This document shows positions 26,236-40,102 of a stretch of DNA of 64,000 bases, piece by piece (the stretch's first letter is position 1; each line of letters begins with the position of its first letter). Location: contig NC_042997.1 of NCBI RefSeq assembly GCF_006345805.1, positions 170,686,001 through 170,750,000 of the forward strand. The letters are read 5' to 3'. This stretch comes from Octopus sinensis. Lineage: Eukaryota. The notes under the pieces were generated by a model that had not been told where the DNA came from, ran no database searches, and worked only from the letters and a program-made list of their open reading frames with translations. Both the position numbers and the translations under genes were made by a program.

Positions 26236-27521
26236 ACTGCACTTTGTACCTATTATATTGATACCAAAAAGATGAAATCCAAGATCGACTTCCGCAGAGT
26301 ATGAATTCAGCACATGAATGAACGAAACCAAAATACCACAAGATAGTTTTTTTCTGCCGGTTATCCACATTTGTCAAGCGATCATTCCTCTCAAAATACT
26401 AACATTTCCGTTTTCAGCTGTATTAAGCATTCTGATATTTATTTTTCAAGAAATCCTAATGGTTGGTTTTTGGTTATTCAAAAGGAAAGAAAAATATCGT
26501 AAACATGGAATTGAAATTTATTTCGGGGTTTTCTTGGATTGAAGCATAAAGTTCGGGAAAAAAGAAAGACAAAAAAAAAAAAAAAGAAAATGCAAAACGT
26601 GAGATAAGCAATTGGAATTCGAAGTTGAACTGGAATTTAAAATTCAAATATCTGTTTCCAGTACACACACACACACACCACACACACACACACAACACAC
26701 ACACACACGTGTGTACATATGTATACATACATATGTGTGTGTATGTCCTTGGATCTTATATATATGTATATAATTTGTGAATGAATAAGATTTTCGGCGT
26801 AAAGTGATTTATCTTCCAAGCACAAATTTGAAGCAAAACAGATAAACGGGTTTTCTGATTCGAGCCGCCAATCCAATTCTGTAAGTTCTCTTTATCGAAA
26901 CTCCAATTAAACACTTGGTATTCCAAACCAATGACACTGTAAATACTCGGAACGAGTAAAACCGAAGTACTCATCTCTCATAAAAACAATGATACATGAA
27001 TCACAGAGGTGGGCTGTCCTTCAGACCATACCCTACAGACTAAAAAAAAATAGAAGAAACTACTGAATAACTCGGTCCTGGTTATACTATGTCTGATAAA
27101 AGACAAGATAGAATGGTTATGATTTACCTTGATCAAAGGTAAATTTGGTCAAGAATCGCTTAGGGCTAAACAACAACATTATAAATTACATTATAAATCA
27201 GGTACGTGATTTCGCGCTTACGGGATTGTAAGTATGACCACAAATTTCAGGATATTGCTTGTATTTTCACTCTTATAGAAACGGGTAAATTTTGTGAATT
27301 TAAAAGCTTTACTTCTCAGCCAAAAGGCCGGTTTTCAGCGTTCTAGCAAAAATCAAAATATTTAGATTAAAAAGCTATAATCATAATATACAAACACACG
27401 CACGATTGTGTGTGTGTATGCAAGTGTCTGTGTATTCGTCATTGTAAATATGAGCTATCAGTTGGAAATTTTCACTGAATGTGTGTGTGTGTTAATGTAT
27501 ATTTTCTTGGATCACAATAAG

Positions 27522-27631
<110 letters not shown>

Positions 27632-27959
27632 ATAACCAACTGGCAACAACATTAATAAATTCAACATGATAGCAATGACAGTAGCTACGTATATTGTATG
27701 TCAACATAGCAGGGAGGGAATAGTAAATTGCAGAATTTTTATAGCTCAGATCAGAGGTGCAAGTGGAAGTGTTCATGATCTTGTAATCCGTCTACTAACT
27801 ATAATCATACAGTACTTCATTTCACCACACTCTTTCAGCCTTTTATCTTTTCATTTGCATTCTTAAATAAGACAATAAGTTTCTACTCTCACAAAGCAGT
27901 TCTTTCCTGGTGCTAATTTTTACTACATATTGTTTGTGGATAATTGTTAATCACTAGAG

Positions 27960-28700
27960 CTATTTGATTTACATACAATTCAAGATATCTGGAAAGAAGC
28001 CATCAAATGGACAAAGGAACTGTAAAAGGATTACATTAGATATTAAATTAGATGTTTAAAAAAGACTTGATGCGAGAGAGAAAAAATAATCAACCACGTT
28101 GCTAAAACATTAAAGCTTACGTAACACTAAAGAAAATTAAATCAAGTGCTCAAGAAATTACGTTTTCATCTGTTTGAACTTTATTTTTTTTTTATAGATC
28201 TAATGTGGTGCTTAAAATGGAAAGGTCCTTGGGTACAGGGATCGAAAAAATATATGGCCAGGCTGTATCTTCACAAGATTTTCATAAGCAGAAAATCTCC
28301 TTTAAATTCGGAAAGATATTGTGACACTTGCAAATGATGTCGGGTTTGAAGAAGCTGCAGAAGGTGTAGTTGAGTTGCTTGTGCCCCGCAGAGGAAGGTT
28401 ATCAAAAGAGGAGCTTGTGTCATTAGAACAAAGGCAAACTAAGAATACAAATGAGAAGAATGGAAATTTTAGCAAGTACACTTAAGTTGACTGCAAAGAA
28501 CATTGCTAAAGGCTTGATACTTATAGAGGAAGGTCCGCAAGATTTCATTGATAACAAACCTAATTGTGAACGTAACAAAAAAATTACAGAACGAGTTCAC
28601 AATGAGCTCAGTTCCTGCTCTGAACTGTTCAAAGCCATAATGCACCATAAACATCAAAGATCTTCATCCACCACGTAGATGTTGATAAGATAGAAGATAG
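27960..28700 (+). pseudogene. Tigger/TIGD-type transposase C-terminal remnant
   Basis: Reads DVGFEEAAEGVVELL...LSKEELVSLEQ and LTAKNIAKGLILIEEGPQDFIDNKPNCERNKKITERVHNELSSCSELFK (28451..28678). This resembles the Tigger1/TIGD1 C-terminus (GF.ev..e...ELL...eLt.EdL..Le...F...DPn.ER..kv). Confidence 0.55.
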
Positions 28701-28852
28701 TGCCCCTCATCCTTCCAGTAACTCTCATTCCATTATCACTGCTTAGACACTAGTAAACACCGTTTCAAGTATGTACAAACCGTTCTTTGATATTACAATT
28801 CTCATTTTTTGTCCAAGCATATTTCACTTCAAATGTTTCTATGCATAGATAT

Positions 28853-29075
28853 CGGCGAGCTGGCAGAAACGTTAGCATACCGGGCGAAATGCTTGGCGGT
28901 ATTGCGTCTGTCGTTGCGTTCTGAGTTCAAATTCCGCCGAGGTCGACTTTGCCTTTCATCCTTTCGGAGTCGATAAATTAAGTACCAGTTACGCACTGGG
29001 TCGATGTAATCGACTTAATCCGTTTGTCTGTCTTTGTTTGTCCCCTCTATGTTTAGCCCCTTGTGGCCAATAAAG
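28853..29075 (+). mobile_element. SINE family B, full length
   Basis: ggcgagctggcagaaacgttagc head, gagttcaaattcc B-box, and ttagccccttgtggccaataaagaaa tail. Confidence 0.9.
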
Positions 29076-29318
29076 AAACAGATATCGTGCTGTATATGTT
29101 AAAGAATTGTTATTTTCATGCGTAAAACTATTCATCATGCTTTTTTATTTATTTTTATTTTTTTATTTTTGCAAGTCTTGTCGAAAATATCAGCTGGAAC
29201 GCTTGACCGTTTTATGACATGTAAACCAACAGGAAAATTAATTTCACGTTACATGATTTCGCTTTACAACAAGTTTTCGGGGACGCATAACAACCGTAAC
29301 GTGGAAATTCCTGTATAA

Positions 29319-29554
29319 AAGGCGGCGAGCTGGCAGAAACGTTAGGACGGCGGGCGAAATGCGTAGCCGTATTTCGTCTGCCGTTACGTTCTGAGTTCAA
29401 ATTCCGCCGAGGTCGACTTTGCCTTTCATCCGTTCGGGGTCGATAAATTAAGTACCAGTTACGCACTGGGGTTGATATAATCGACTTAATCCGTTTGTCT
29501 GTCCTTGTTTGTCCCCTCTGTGTTTAGCCCCTTGTGGGTAGTAAAGAAATAGGT
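29319..29554 (+). mobile_element. SINE family B monomer with 13-bp TSD
   Basis: TSD aattcctgtataa at 29306-29318 and 29555-29567 defines the ends as aaggcggcgagc...aagaaataggt. Confidence 0.93.
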
Positions 29555-30084
29555 AATTCCTGTATAATGATTATGAACGTATATTCTCTTCGTTTGAACT
29601 ACAACACTCAAGAAGTGTCGGGTTTTTTTACACACAACTTTCTATCTCTTCAGACATCGCTAAAGAATTTTAATTTCGTTCAATCTATTTAGGTAACATT
29701 TTCATTTCAACCAATCTATTTAAAATGTTGAAAATGCACTTACTGGTTGTGTAAGAATATAGTTTTCATTAGCAAACGCAGTACTTTCTTAACCCACCTA
29801 CTCAAAATAATCGATATATCTCACATACACAAGTAAACTTGTATGGTTCCCGGTAACTGTTGCTTTACAGAAAGTAAAAAACCACTGCCTGCGAGCTCTG
29901 GCTTCTCGTTTGCAGCTGCGTATTTTTACTTTCTTGTCTGTAGGATCTCTTTCAGCTTCACGTAATTCTCCTTCTTGTCTCTCTTTCTGCAGCGGTCTAA
30001 GACAAAAAACAAAAACAAAAATGACAGACATTACGTGTAACTATGGAAACAAGATGAATTCATTTCATAACTATTATATCTTTC

Positions 30085-30400
30085 ACATGTTTCAGTCATT
30101 TGACTCCGACCATGCTGGGGCATCGCCTTAAAGGGTTTTAGTCGAAGAGGTCGACCACAGTACTTCTGTTTTTAAGTCTGATGCTTATTTTATTGGTTTC
30201 TTTTGCTGAATCACAAAATTACGGGGACGTAAACAAACTAACACCAGTTGTCAAGCGGTTGGTGAGGACAAACACAAGCACAAAGTCAGACGGACACATA
30301 CACATGCTTATATTCATGCATACATACACACACGCAAGCACACACACACACACAGACAGACAGATACACACACACACACACACATTCATATATGCTTAGG
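30085..30400 (-). mobile_element. SINE family A, 3' part
   Basis: Reverse complement of the A tail (tttcagtcatttgactccgaccatgctggggcatcgcctt...). Other A fragments lie at about 31600-31830, 44300-44500, 54590-54812, 58022-58195 and 61618-61790. Confidence 0.8.
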
Positions 30401-31150
30401 CAAATTGGTAACTAGCTACGAATTCAAACACAAAAGCAAAGACATCAAAGGATCGTTCAGTGAATATAATTAGTTTGATGCTCGAAGAAAGTTATAGTGG
30501 GAAAGTTAAGAGTAGAAATATGACGTTTAAGACGAGCTGTTCGTTGGATATGCAAATGAAAGTTCAGAGAAGAGAACTAGAGGAATGAAGGAAGGAAGGA
30601 AGAAACGATAAGAACGGATAGTCAGAAAAAAAGCACGTGTATGGTTTCACGAACGAAAAAAATAATTGACTGTAAGTTAGAGAAAGAAAAAATATGTTTT
30701 TTGTAGATTAACCTACAGATTAAATTAATAGAAATGCTAAGAACTCCCATAAAATCACTGATCTGTAGAACATACCCTTTTGAAAGAAACCCGTTGTATG
30801 GATAGGAACTGTATAGTGTGTAAAGGAAGCTCACGGGTAAACAGTAAAACTGGGAATGTAGTCTAGAGTATAAGGTGTACAGAGGGACGGTGAAGAACCA
30901 GGACAACGACGTATATTGCAGAGACAGCACGTAGCATAGGTGAAAGGGTAAGTGAACACTGGCGTGCACTCAAGGAGGAAAATAAGCTCGTCAGTGCTAT
31001 ACCAGCATGCTCAGAACATGGTAGCTTGGTTGATAACATATATGTTAAGATCTTATCGACATTTAGAACAGACACGACATTCAAATCACAGAGGCCTCAC
31101 ATATTGTAGAAAATAGACCGAGCGTCTACTGAAAACGTGAATGGAGTTAT
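30400..31150 (+). pseudogene. Penelope-like element remnant: GIY-YIG endonuclease domain
   Basis: A broken frame reads CMDRNCIVCKG...KTGNVV*SIRC...TYIAETARSIGERVSEHWRALKEE...CSEHG...QITEASHIVENRPSVY*KREW. This is the layout of a PLE GIY-YIG (YIGET.R....R..EH). Confidence 0.8.
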
Positions 31151-32807
31151 AACACTCCCCACTCTACCACACTACGCGAACTGACGACTGAAAACAATGG
31201 AAAACAATAAAAAACACGGGTACAAACAGTATAATATACAAACCCGTATACACGCACACAAGACACATACACATACTAAACACATAGACATACTAACAGA
31301 TACAGATGTAAATGCATTCACAGATAGGAATACACACCACAGAGAGACAAAATGAAATAAACTGGACAAGACCAGGGAAAATAAGAGACACGAAGACAGA
31401 AAGTCATTGAAAAGGTCACATAATGTTTGATGAAAGAACTCTGACAAATAAACTAACAACAACAATAATAATAATATTTAATAATAATAATAATGATAAT
31501 AAGGTTAAAGTGAAGATCAAATATGCGTATGTTTAATTGGCAAAAGATGACCATCTCCGAATATAACAATATGTTTCAACACACGATTTTACATCAGGAA
31601 TCTTGCAAAACAAATACATAAATAATCTGTCTGTTTGTCTCTCCCCACCTGTGTGTATGTGTGTGTGTGTACACACGGCGGGCTCAGCGATTCCATCTAC
31701 AAAATCGCTCACAAGGTCTTGATTGGTCTGGGGTATAAAGTAGAAAACACCTGTCCAAGGTACCATGTAGTGGGATTGAACCCGAAATCTCCTTGTTGCA
31801 AAGCGAGCTTCATAACTACACAACTATACCTGATTAAAAAAACAATACAGGCTTCACAAACAATTATCCTAACAATCTTAGATGATTTTGGTTCGGTTGG
31901 CAATCGTACAACAAAAATAGTATGGTCGATTAGAGCAAAATACATATGCTACAACAACAAAAAAAATTAAACATTTTAAAAACCAATATTAAGTATTACT
32001 TACCAAAAAATGCTATAACGTAATATCATAAATGGACTTAAATCAGCTTCTATCAACATTTCTGGCAACCGACATGAGTTTTTTAGTTTCACATTCAATA
32101 TCTTGAAAAGGAAACCATTGTAGTTCAAAGAACATGTGTGGCCAGCTGAATTTTGGTTGCTTGTAGACAGATTTATGAGAATTTATGATCAATATTAATG
32201 AAATCTTTTGTAAATAATACTTAATATTATTTTTACGCCGTTTAATTTTGCTGTTAATATGTGCTTTATCCTAACCAAACATACGATTTTTGCTGTATCT
32301 TTCCAAACCCTGGCACTTTTTTTCATATGAAGTAAATTACATTAGTATTTTTTACATCAAATGAAATTCGTCACAGAAGGTGGGTCTCCTCACCAAGGCT
32401 GAAAACTACTTCAACCCAAAACAAATCCCAACTACACACTGAGCAGTGATTATCTCAGATTTTCAATTCAGCACTGCTTGGCTCTATACCTTATCTCCCA
32501 TGTCTTCCTACCTTACAATATTGGTTTCATATTTTGGCACAAGACCAGCAATTTTGGGATAAGGGACAAGTCGATTACATCAACCCCAAGGTTCAACTAG
32601 TACTTATTTTATCGACCTCGAAAGGATGAAAGGCAATGTTGATCTCGGCGGAATTTGAACTCAGGATGTAAGAACGGGTGGAATGCTGCTAAGCATTTTA
32701 CCCGGGGTCCTAACGATTCTGCCAGCTCACCGCAACACAGGCGAATGCTATTTCACAACACTATAACTCAGGTAATAATTCAGAAAATTTCAAATACTCT
32801 CTCTTTT

Positions 32808-33022
32808 TACTCTTTACTCTTTTACTTGTTTCAATCATTTGACTGCGCCCATGCTGGAGTACTGCCTTTAGTCGAGCAAATCGACCCCAGGACTTTGTAA
32901 GCCTAGTACTTATTCTATCGGTCTCTTTTGCCGAACCGCTAAGTTACGGGGACGTAAACACACCAGCATCGGTTGTCAAGCGATGTTGGGGGGACAAACA
33001 CAGACACACACACACACACACA

Positions 33023-33063
<41 letters not shown>

Positions 33064-33240
33064 CATATATATATATACGACGGGCTTCTTTCAATTTCCG
33101 TCTACCATATCCTCTCACAAGGCTTTGGTCGGCCCGAGGCTATAGTAGAAGACACTTACCCAAGGTGCCACGCAGTGGGACTGAACCCGGAACCATGTGG
33201 TTGGTAAGCAAGCTACTTACCACACAGCCACTCCTACGCC
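32808..33240 (-). mobile_element. SINE family A, full length
   Basis: Complete head, microsatellite-containing body and (TAAAAGAG)n tail on the minus strand. Confidence 0.93.
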
Positions 33241-33294
33241 TAAATAAGTACCAATATAGCAAAAGCCCCCCTTAAAAACTCTATATACCATTAA

Positions 33295-33512
33295 CCCTTT
33301 AGTATTTAAATAGGCCATAACCAACCCAAATATTTTATCAGTTTTATGTTCAAACTGGACAGATCCGGCCTCTCACACCAACCATAAAATGTCATTCTAA
33401 AAATAAAAAGGCACATCATCGACACCTCGAAACTGTGATAATGCGTGATTAATTCGAAACAATGTGATTAAATAAGTATTACATTCGACAGAGTAATTTG
33501 AATGCTGAAAGG
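33295..33512. mobile_element. piggyBac-like MITE, 218 bp
   Basis: TTAA|ccctttagtatt ... aatgctgaaagg|TTAA (33291-33294 and 33513-33516). Confidence 0.72.
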
Positions 33513-35749
33513 TTAAGTAATCCCCCATGTGATACGACTCACTTTAGGAACCATTGCTTGATACTAAATGGCCTAAATCAAAGACAGAACCTCAACGTGG
33601 TCGTCCGACCTGCTAGAAAAAGTAGTAGCTAAATTTTTCTTAATCGCATCTCCCTAAATTAGTAAATATAGACATGCTGGCGATTAACATATATGTTGTT
33701 GCCGTAAAGAAAGGAAAAGACCTGACATTTCGAGCTCTCTATGCTGTTTTCTTGATGTCGTGATAGTGATGAAGATCGATAGGAGGCTGATAAGACAGAT
33801 AAAAAGGCTGAACATGGAGAGTGAAAGAGGATTTGAAAAGTTTAACACGACAATGGGAATGGTAAGCACCACCAGTCTGTGAGAGAGTTAGCGTAAGAGT
33901 GCTTGTATGTGTGAGTGGGGAAACTTAATGTATGTGTGAACCTGTGTGCCAGAAGGACAGATGTAAGGAAATTAATCTATTATTGATATCGTGGGATGAG
34001 GATGTGCCCAATCTAAAGATGAGTCTTTCTTCACGAAGTTGTCTAGTAAAAGAAAATCCGTGGTGTTGGAGAAATCTCAAGACAGAGAGGTACTAGTCAA
34101 AGTGGCAAATTGAAATGGTAAACCATTTCATAGAGGTGTTATGGTGAACTATCCTACAGCATCAACAACACGCTCACTTTCTTGTACCTTACTTCGTGAC
34201 TTTGGTACAGTACACAGGCTCATACATTCCTATTCGCATTTGCTTGCCCTGCAAGAGATAGCAGCAAAATCTCACCCCCGAATCATACCTAACTATCTTA
34301 GGAAATGACACACTGGACAATATGCTCCTGAGTTCCCCCAGTACATAGGAAAAAGATGAGATGGTCAAGGCTGGATGCCTATGATTATGTCTGCATGACG
34401 AGAACCTGGGACGAAATAACAATAACGGCAGCCACGATTGTTCACTCTTGACCACATGCACTACATTCACACAGACGTGATCCTGCCTCTGACATCAACT
34501 AGCTTCTCACACACATACACACACGTGCACTCATACGCAGTACACACACACAAACTCGCATGACTAATGTACACGCAAATATATACATTGACCTAACGTG
34601 CGTCACACACATACACACATGTGCGCACATTCATACACTCATTGTAACAGGTACGCACGTACCCCCACCCCCACATACATATACTAACTGGTACTAATTA
34701 TCATTCTCAATGAGCATGGCTGATATTACAGCTCACTATCTATTCTCCTCTACGTACCATAGCTTCCAGGTAAAAATACACTTCCTAACCTCTATAAATG
34801 GCCTGAGGTCAAAACGTGGATTTTTTTTCCTGTTCCTCACGGCAACTACATAGATTTTTTTAATAACTGGCATATTTCTTTTGGATTAATAGTTACCGCT
34901 TTCCTGCGATTTTTGGTTTTATCTTGGAAAAAGGACATATTCAATAATGTAACGCTAATTATGATACTACACCTGAACAAAAAAGACGTATACTATATTT
35001 TTATAATGAGTTAATCATAGTAGGGTAGAAGAAGCCTCTTTAAGATTAAGTGTGCTTGTGATTGAAGGTCAGTGTTTGCAGAAAAAGCATAAGCATGATT
35101 GAACGCCACGTATCCATTTCCAAGTTAGTTTATCTTATATATGTGTGTGTATGTATATATATATATATGCATGTATATATATAGTTCATAGATGAACTGA
35201 TGACATTCCAGATGTTTTCCGTATAAAGTACACTTCGTAGTACTGAAAATATTCAAACTTGAGCGGTTATAGAAGCAAATGTGGGGACAAGCAAGTTAGA
35301 CAGATCAATATATAAAAGTATATTAAATACATGAAATACAAAATATGTATATATGTATACATATAAAAAAGTCGAACTTACACAGAGTACAAATGATATA
35401 GAAAATTAAAGGAGTGGAAGAAAGGTATTATAAATCCAACAGCTGTTTCTGGGGGGGGGGGCTTGGTGATCCATAATGATGTTTGAAGATTAATCAGAGA
35501 ATGCGGCCGTATGGATGCATTTAACATAGAATGAGAGAAGCTTCTGTGTTGAGGGAAGAAATCTTACATTTGACATCTCAAAGCAGAGAAGTTCAAAGAT
35601 ATGTATGTATATATATATATATATATATATGTTTATCACGGAATCGGCCAGACTATTGGATGTTGTTATACATCGCTGGTCACAATGCACTTCACATCGT
35701 CTCTCAGCTATCGAATAATGTCAACACCGGTAGTTAGGCGAGCAGGCTA

Positions 35750-35790
<41 letters not shown>

Positions 35791-36330
35791 GCAAAACACT
35801 GCTGATTTACAAAGTAATGATTTATGCACTAGAGGAGCTATAATATATTTGTTAGTGCCATGTAAATGATCAACAAATACAAAATTAACATCTATTACAT
35901 GATTCAATAAATGAACAGGAATTGAGAATTTCTATTTTACAATGTTTAATGTTTAGAAATGTCTTCTCTGTTTTTCTTTTTTTTTTTAATAAGTTTATTT
36001 TATTGGAATTAATTTTGGAAAGAGATTGTGAGTGTACATGACTCTTGTGAACATTGTATTATATGTACATGGATAATTGAATCTATCACAATCAATGAAT
36101 GACATTTTTAGATAGTTTTAGATACAGTCTAGTATGTCAGTTTGATCGGCAGTTTGCTTGCCTGTGAGTTTGTTTGCTTGTTTGTTTGTTTGTGTGTCCT
36201 TGTGTATGCGCCCGTGTCTGTGTGTGCGTGCGTGCGTTTTTGCAGCAGGAATGTCCCCTACGTTAGAAGCAGTACTCCGATTTCTATATCGGAACAAATA
36301 TTTTCGGTTCAGGTCAGAAACTCCGTATAT

Positions 36331-36376
36331 TTGTCACTGAGGAGACCAAACCAGGTTGAAACAACCTGTCTGACGA
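36331..36376 (+). ncRNA. Type I hammerhead ribozyme-like motif
   Basis: ttgtca-CTGAGGA-gacc(aaacca)ggtt-GAAA-ca(acc)tGTC-tgacga. Stem I has 6 bp, stem II 4 bp and stem III 3 bp, with a GUC triplet. Confidence 0.72.
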
Positions 36377-36679
36377 TCTCCTGACATTCTGAGCAAAGCT
36401 ATGTCTTTTCTTTTTATGATACAAGTGTCTTTCAGAAGTTTCTCAAAGACAAAATATAACAGCATTTGGCATTCCATGTTTGTATGTACATTATAAATAT
36501 ACATACGTGTGTAAAACATTTTTGAACCCTTCATAAATTAAAATAGCTTCTTAAGTTTGGTGGATCCTTGAAAATAAATTGTACCGCTAATTTTTTTCTC
36601 TATTGTTTCCATCCCTAGAACATGCTTTCTGTTCTTTTGAAATTTCTGTTTCTATAACATTCCCAATGTGGGAATCTAA

Positions 36680-36830
36680 ATGCTAGAAATAACAACGAAA
36701 TTCTATCAAATCACACGCTACTACCTTACAAAAGAAAAAAAAAACCCTACCACTTGAAATAGCGTAGTCTGAGATTTACTATTTTTTTTTAAAGAACAAA
36801 ACTGGGTGGTTTTGGCGGGACCGTCTTTTG
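36680..36830 (+). mobile_element. Old dispersed repeat (SINE/LINE-tail-like), representative copy
   Basis: The motif gctagaaatarcagccaaatctccctcaaatcacac.ctac...aaaaaaaggatggtc recurs in degenerate form at about 10790, 11000, 12140, 14840, 18300, 33610, 39950, 53330 and 55500. Confidence 0.6.
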
Positions 36831-38769
36831 ATCTTGTCTGTTCGATCAGTGTTGATCAGGGGCCAAAGGACAATAACAACCTCTCCTTTTCTCATTTTAG
36901 TCATGTTTTTGTCTCCCTCTCAGATTCCATCCTAAATACTCTGCCAAATTCTTCACCCCACTTCCAGTGCCACAACTGCATTCGTTTGGTCCGCCTTTCG
37001 TGTTTCTGTATTTCCTTCAACAATTTTAACTCGACTTCAAATGTATTAACTACCCCACTCCCCCATCCGCACTCATTCCACTCCTTTGGCTAAGGGAAAG
37101 GTCTAAAAGGGGAGAACCATTAGTGTGCTGTCTCTCCTCCTTATACTGACGAATCGAAAAACCAGAAACGAAAGCAAACAAACAAATAAATAAATCTATT
37201 TGAATTACAAATCTGTGATTTGGAATAATTTTATCGATTATTTTGTTCTGCAATTTCATCCGATTTATAGAATCAGTATACTTTTTTTTTATGTCTTTAT
37301 AAAAAAATTACTCTAAAATCTTCAGATCACACAAGGCATGACTGTATTTTCGGCAATTTTGAAAGCACTATTATTATTAGTTTCGCTTATTATGGTTTTG
37401 TTTTAGTCATTTCTACATGCAACGCTGGCCATAACGTAGCCAATGACGTTTATTGAATAAAAAAAAAGGAAAAGAAAAAAAAAAGAAAAAAGATCATTGC
37501 TTGCTGAAAACAACTGTACTAAATTATGTTTTATGAATGAAAGACAGAATAAAATTTGTAAAAATAAATAAACGATATGGACACAGTCATGGCTATGTGG
37601 TTAAGAAGTTTATTTCGCAATCATATGATTCTGCGTTCGACTTCACTAGAGGGAAGCTTTTGATAAGTATCTTCTACCACTGCACTGGGTCAACCAAAGC
37701 TTTGCAGATGAAATTTGTTAGACGGATTATGTATAGAATCTCGTTGAGTGTGTATATATATTTTTTCCTTGTAGTTTCATTCAGTCTTTGGACTGCAGGC
37801 GTGCTGCATCACCTCCTTCAACGGTCTTATGTTATTTATATCAACCCCCAGGACTGATTTCAATCTGGTAATTAATTATCGAATGGTTAGGTTATCTTTA
37901 GACGTGAAGGGACGCAATTCGACATACTGTTTTACACTAGTATACACTGACACATAGACCTACACACAGTTTGTCTGTCTGTCTGTCTGTCTGTCTGTAT
38001 GTATGTATGTCTGTCTGTCTGTATGTATGTATGTACTACGTATGTACGTATATACGTATGTGTGTATGTGCGATTTTATGTATGTGTGTATGTATGTCAC
38101 TCAAGTTCGGGAGTTCTGGAGTTGTAGGGAGCGTGGAGTCACTCCTTTATTGCCATTACTCCTAGGTCCCTTCTGATCCGGAATTGTAGTACCTGTCAGG
38201 ATCCCATTTGTGGGTTAAATAGATTTCTCAGAGGTAGAGAAGGCTCCGGTTGATTTTAGCGAAGCCGTGGGGAAGGCAGCTCTTCTAGGAGAAAAATATT
38301 CTCAAAATAGTACCAATCATCTTTCAATGCTTGAGACTGGAACCTTCTATAGCGATCGAGAGAGTGGCAAACGTGTTGCACAAGCTTTTATCACTTAAAT
38401 CCAATGTCTCACTATCATTTCATTTCTTGATCCGTTTTTGTATTTTATATGTCAATAGATGCGTGGCTGAAAAGCCATATCTGCACACATGCAAAGATGG
38501 AAGTGAGACGGCTATCATCTGACAAGACGAGGCAATCATCATGTATGTTTGCTTAATAGTCGTCCTGCAGACGGATAAAATTGTGTGCCGAAATCTTTGT
38601 TCACGCTTTGATTGAATACGCAATGACTAAAGCTGCATTAACGACCCGGAACATTCTTATATGATAAAAATAACATGCTAAAGCATTTGTGGTCATTATT
38701 TGTCTGTGTTATATGAGAAAAAAATAACTACACAAGAAAATTCTATCGCTTTATACAATATTTTAATTT

Positions 38770-39125
38770 AACGTATGCCTCTAAAGAATGTCTGAATACC
38801 AAAATATTCCCTGCAAAAGATCGATTTCCATTCTTTTTCGTTGCCATAATGCTAAGTCTACATGAATTTCCTGCTCTGGACATGATTATATAAAACTGGC
38901 CGTAGGGGAATCATGCGTAGTTCTTTTAGGTAGATATCGACCTTTGAAAGCATTTGGCCTTGAACTTTGTAAATTGGAAGATCCCAACAGTAGCTTGATA
39001 TGAAATATTGCCTTTGCATTTGGAATGGCAGTGCTTAATCACTCGGTGGCATATGTATTCTTGGAATAAATAAATCTTTCCCTTTATAAGCGCCAGAAGC
39101 CATAACAGCGTAAATAACTTTGCCG
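38770..39125 (-). pseudogene. Helitron RepHel, PIF1-family helicase C-terminus (motifs V-VI), degraded
   Basis: The minus strand with frameshifts reads KVIYAVMASGAYKGKDLFIPRIHMPPSD*ALPFQMQRQ.FHIKL...IYKVQGQMLSKVDIYLKE...FPYGQFYIIMSRAG. This matches the Helitron consensus IPRIPLIPSD.LPF.F.RRQFP.RL...INKSQGQTL..VGI.L...FSHGQLYVA.SR. Confidence 0.85.
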
Positions 39126-39138
39126 AGCGAGAGCGAGA

Positions 39139-39188
<50 letters not shown>

Positions 39189-40102
39189 GAGAGCGAGTGA
39201 AAGAGAGAGAGAGATAGATTGGATAAATAAATAAATAAATAAATAAATAAATATATAAAGGCAGAAAGGTCAGAAATGTTTGGTTTGATGATGTTTATGT
39301 AACTATACATATTTCTAATCCGTAATGTTCTTTCTTTTTCTGTATCATATTCCCACTCGCGCTTCTTTTCTGTCTTGCCTTTCTTCTTTTCTCTCTTTTA
39401 TTTTTATTCTCCCACACTGTCTTTTCTCTTTGCTTTCTTACCCGGCATCGATTCTTGCTATAATTCTCTCTAACTTTCCCCCATCAAAAATTGTAACGAC
39501 GGACACTCTTCTCTTTCTCTATGTCATACTTTTTTCTTTCCTTATCTTTCCTACGTCTCTCTCTCTTCTTCCTTCACTTCATTTCTCTTTTTCTCCACCT
39601 GCGTAGGTGCGATTTATAGATATTTCGATTTATTTCCGGAGGCACATATAAATACATTGCAAATCTGTACTACGTACGTACGTACGTACATAGATACATA
39701 CATGCATACATACATGTATTATGCAACAGTGAAAGATAGCAGAATCGGTGTGTCCAAGAAAAATACATTGTTGTATATAGCTACGTTCCTCTGGATTTTA
39801 GCATTTACTGTTTTATATTTCGAGGTCGACAAAATAAGTACCAAAGTACTTATGCTGACATCATAATTTAAAATTCTTTTCCGTTGGAACCCGTGACACC
39901 GTGACACCAAAGAGGGAACTTCTATGCAGTCGTATCAGTTGCCAGAAGCAACCGATCAAATCGCCCTCAAATTACACCTTTCTAGTTTAAACTGGGTAAA
40001 TGCATTGGATAACTCAGCCAAATATATAATACAGCGCAAAGACAGGATGGTCATTGATATTTTCGGGGATCATATAACTGTCAGACGTATTAATGGATCA
40101 CA

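Noticed and set aside
26760-26886. GTAAGT donor at 26881 after a unique stretch with CCAAT words
   Set aside because: No convincing acceptor or open frame, so it cannot be distinguished from chance.
32030-32200. Possible hAT dimerisation-domain remnant on the minus strand (GFLFKILNVKLKNSCRL)
   Set aside because: Weak single-motif similarity with no TIRs found.
34385-34435. catgacgagaacctgggacgaaa, hammerhead-like
   Set aside because: The core is altered, stem II is poor and there is no NUH before the putative stem I.
35190-35260. CTGATGA...GAAA...ttca hammerhead-like words
   Set aside because: Stem II does not pair and there is no room for stem III.
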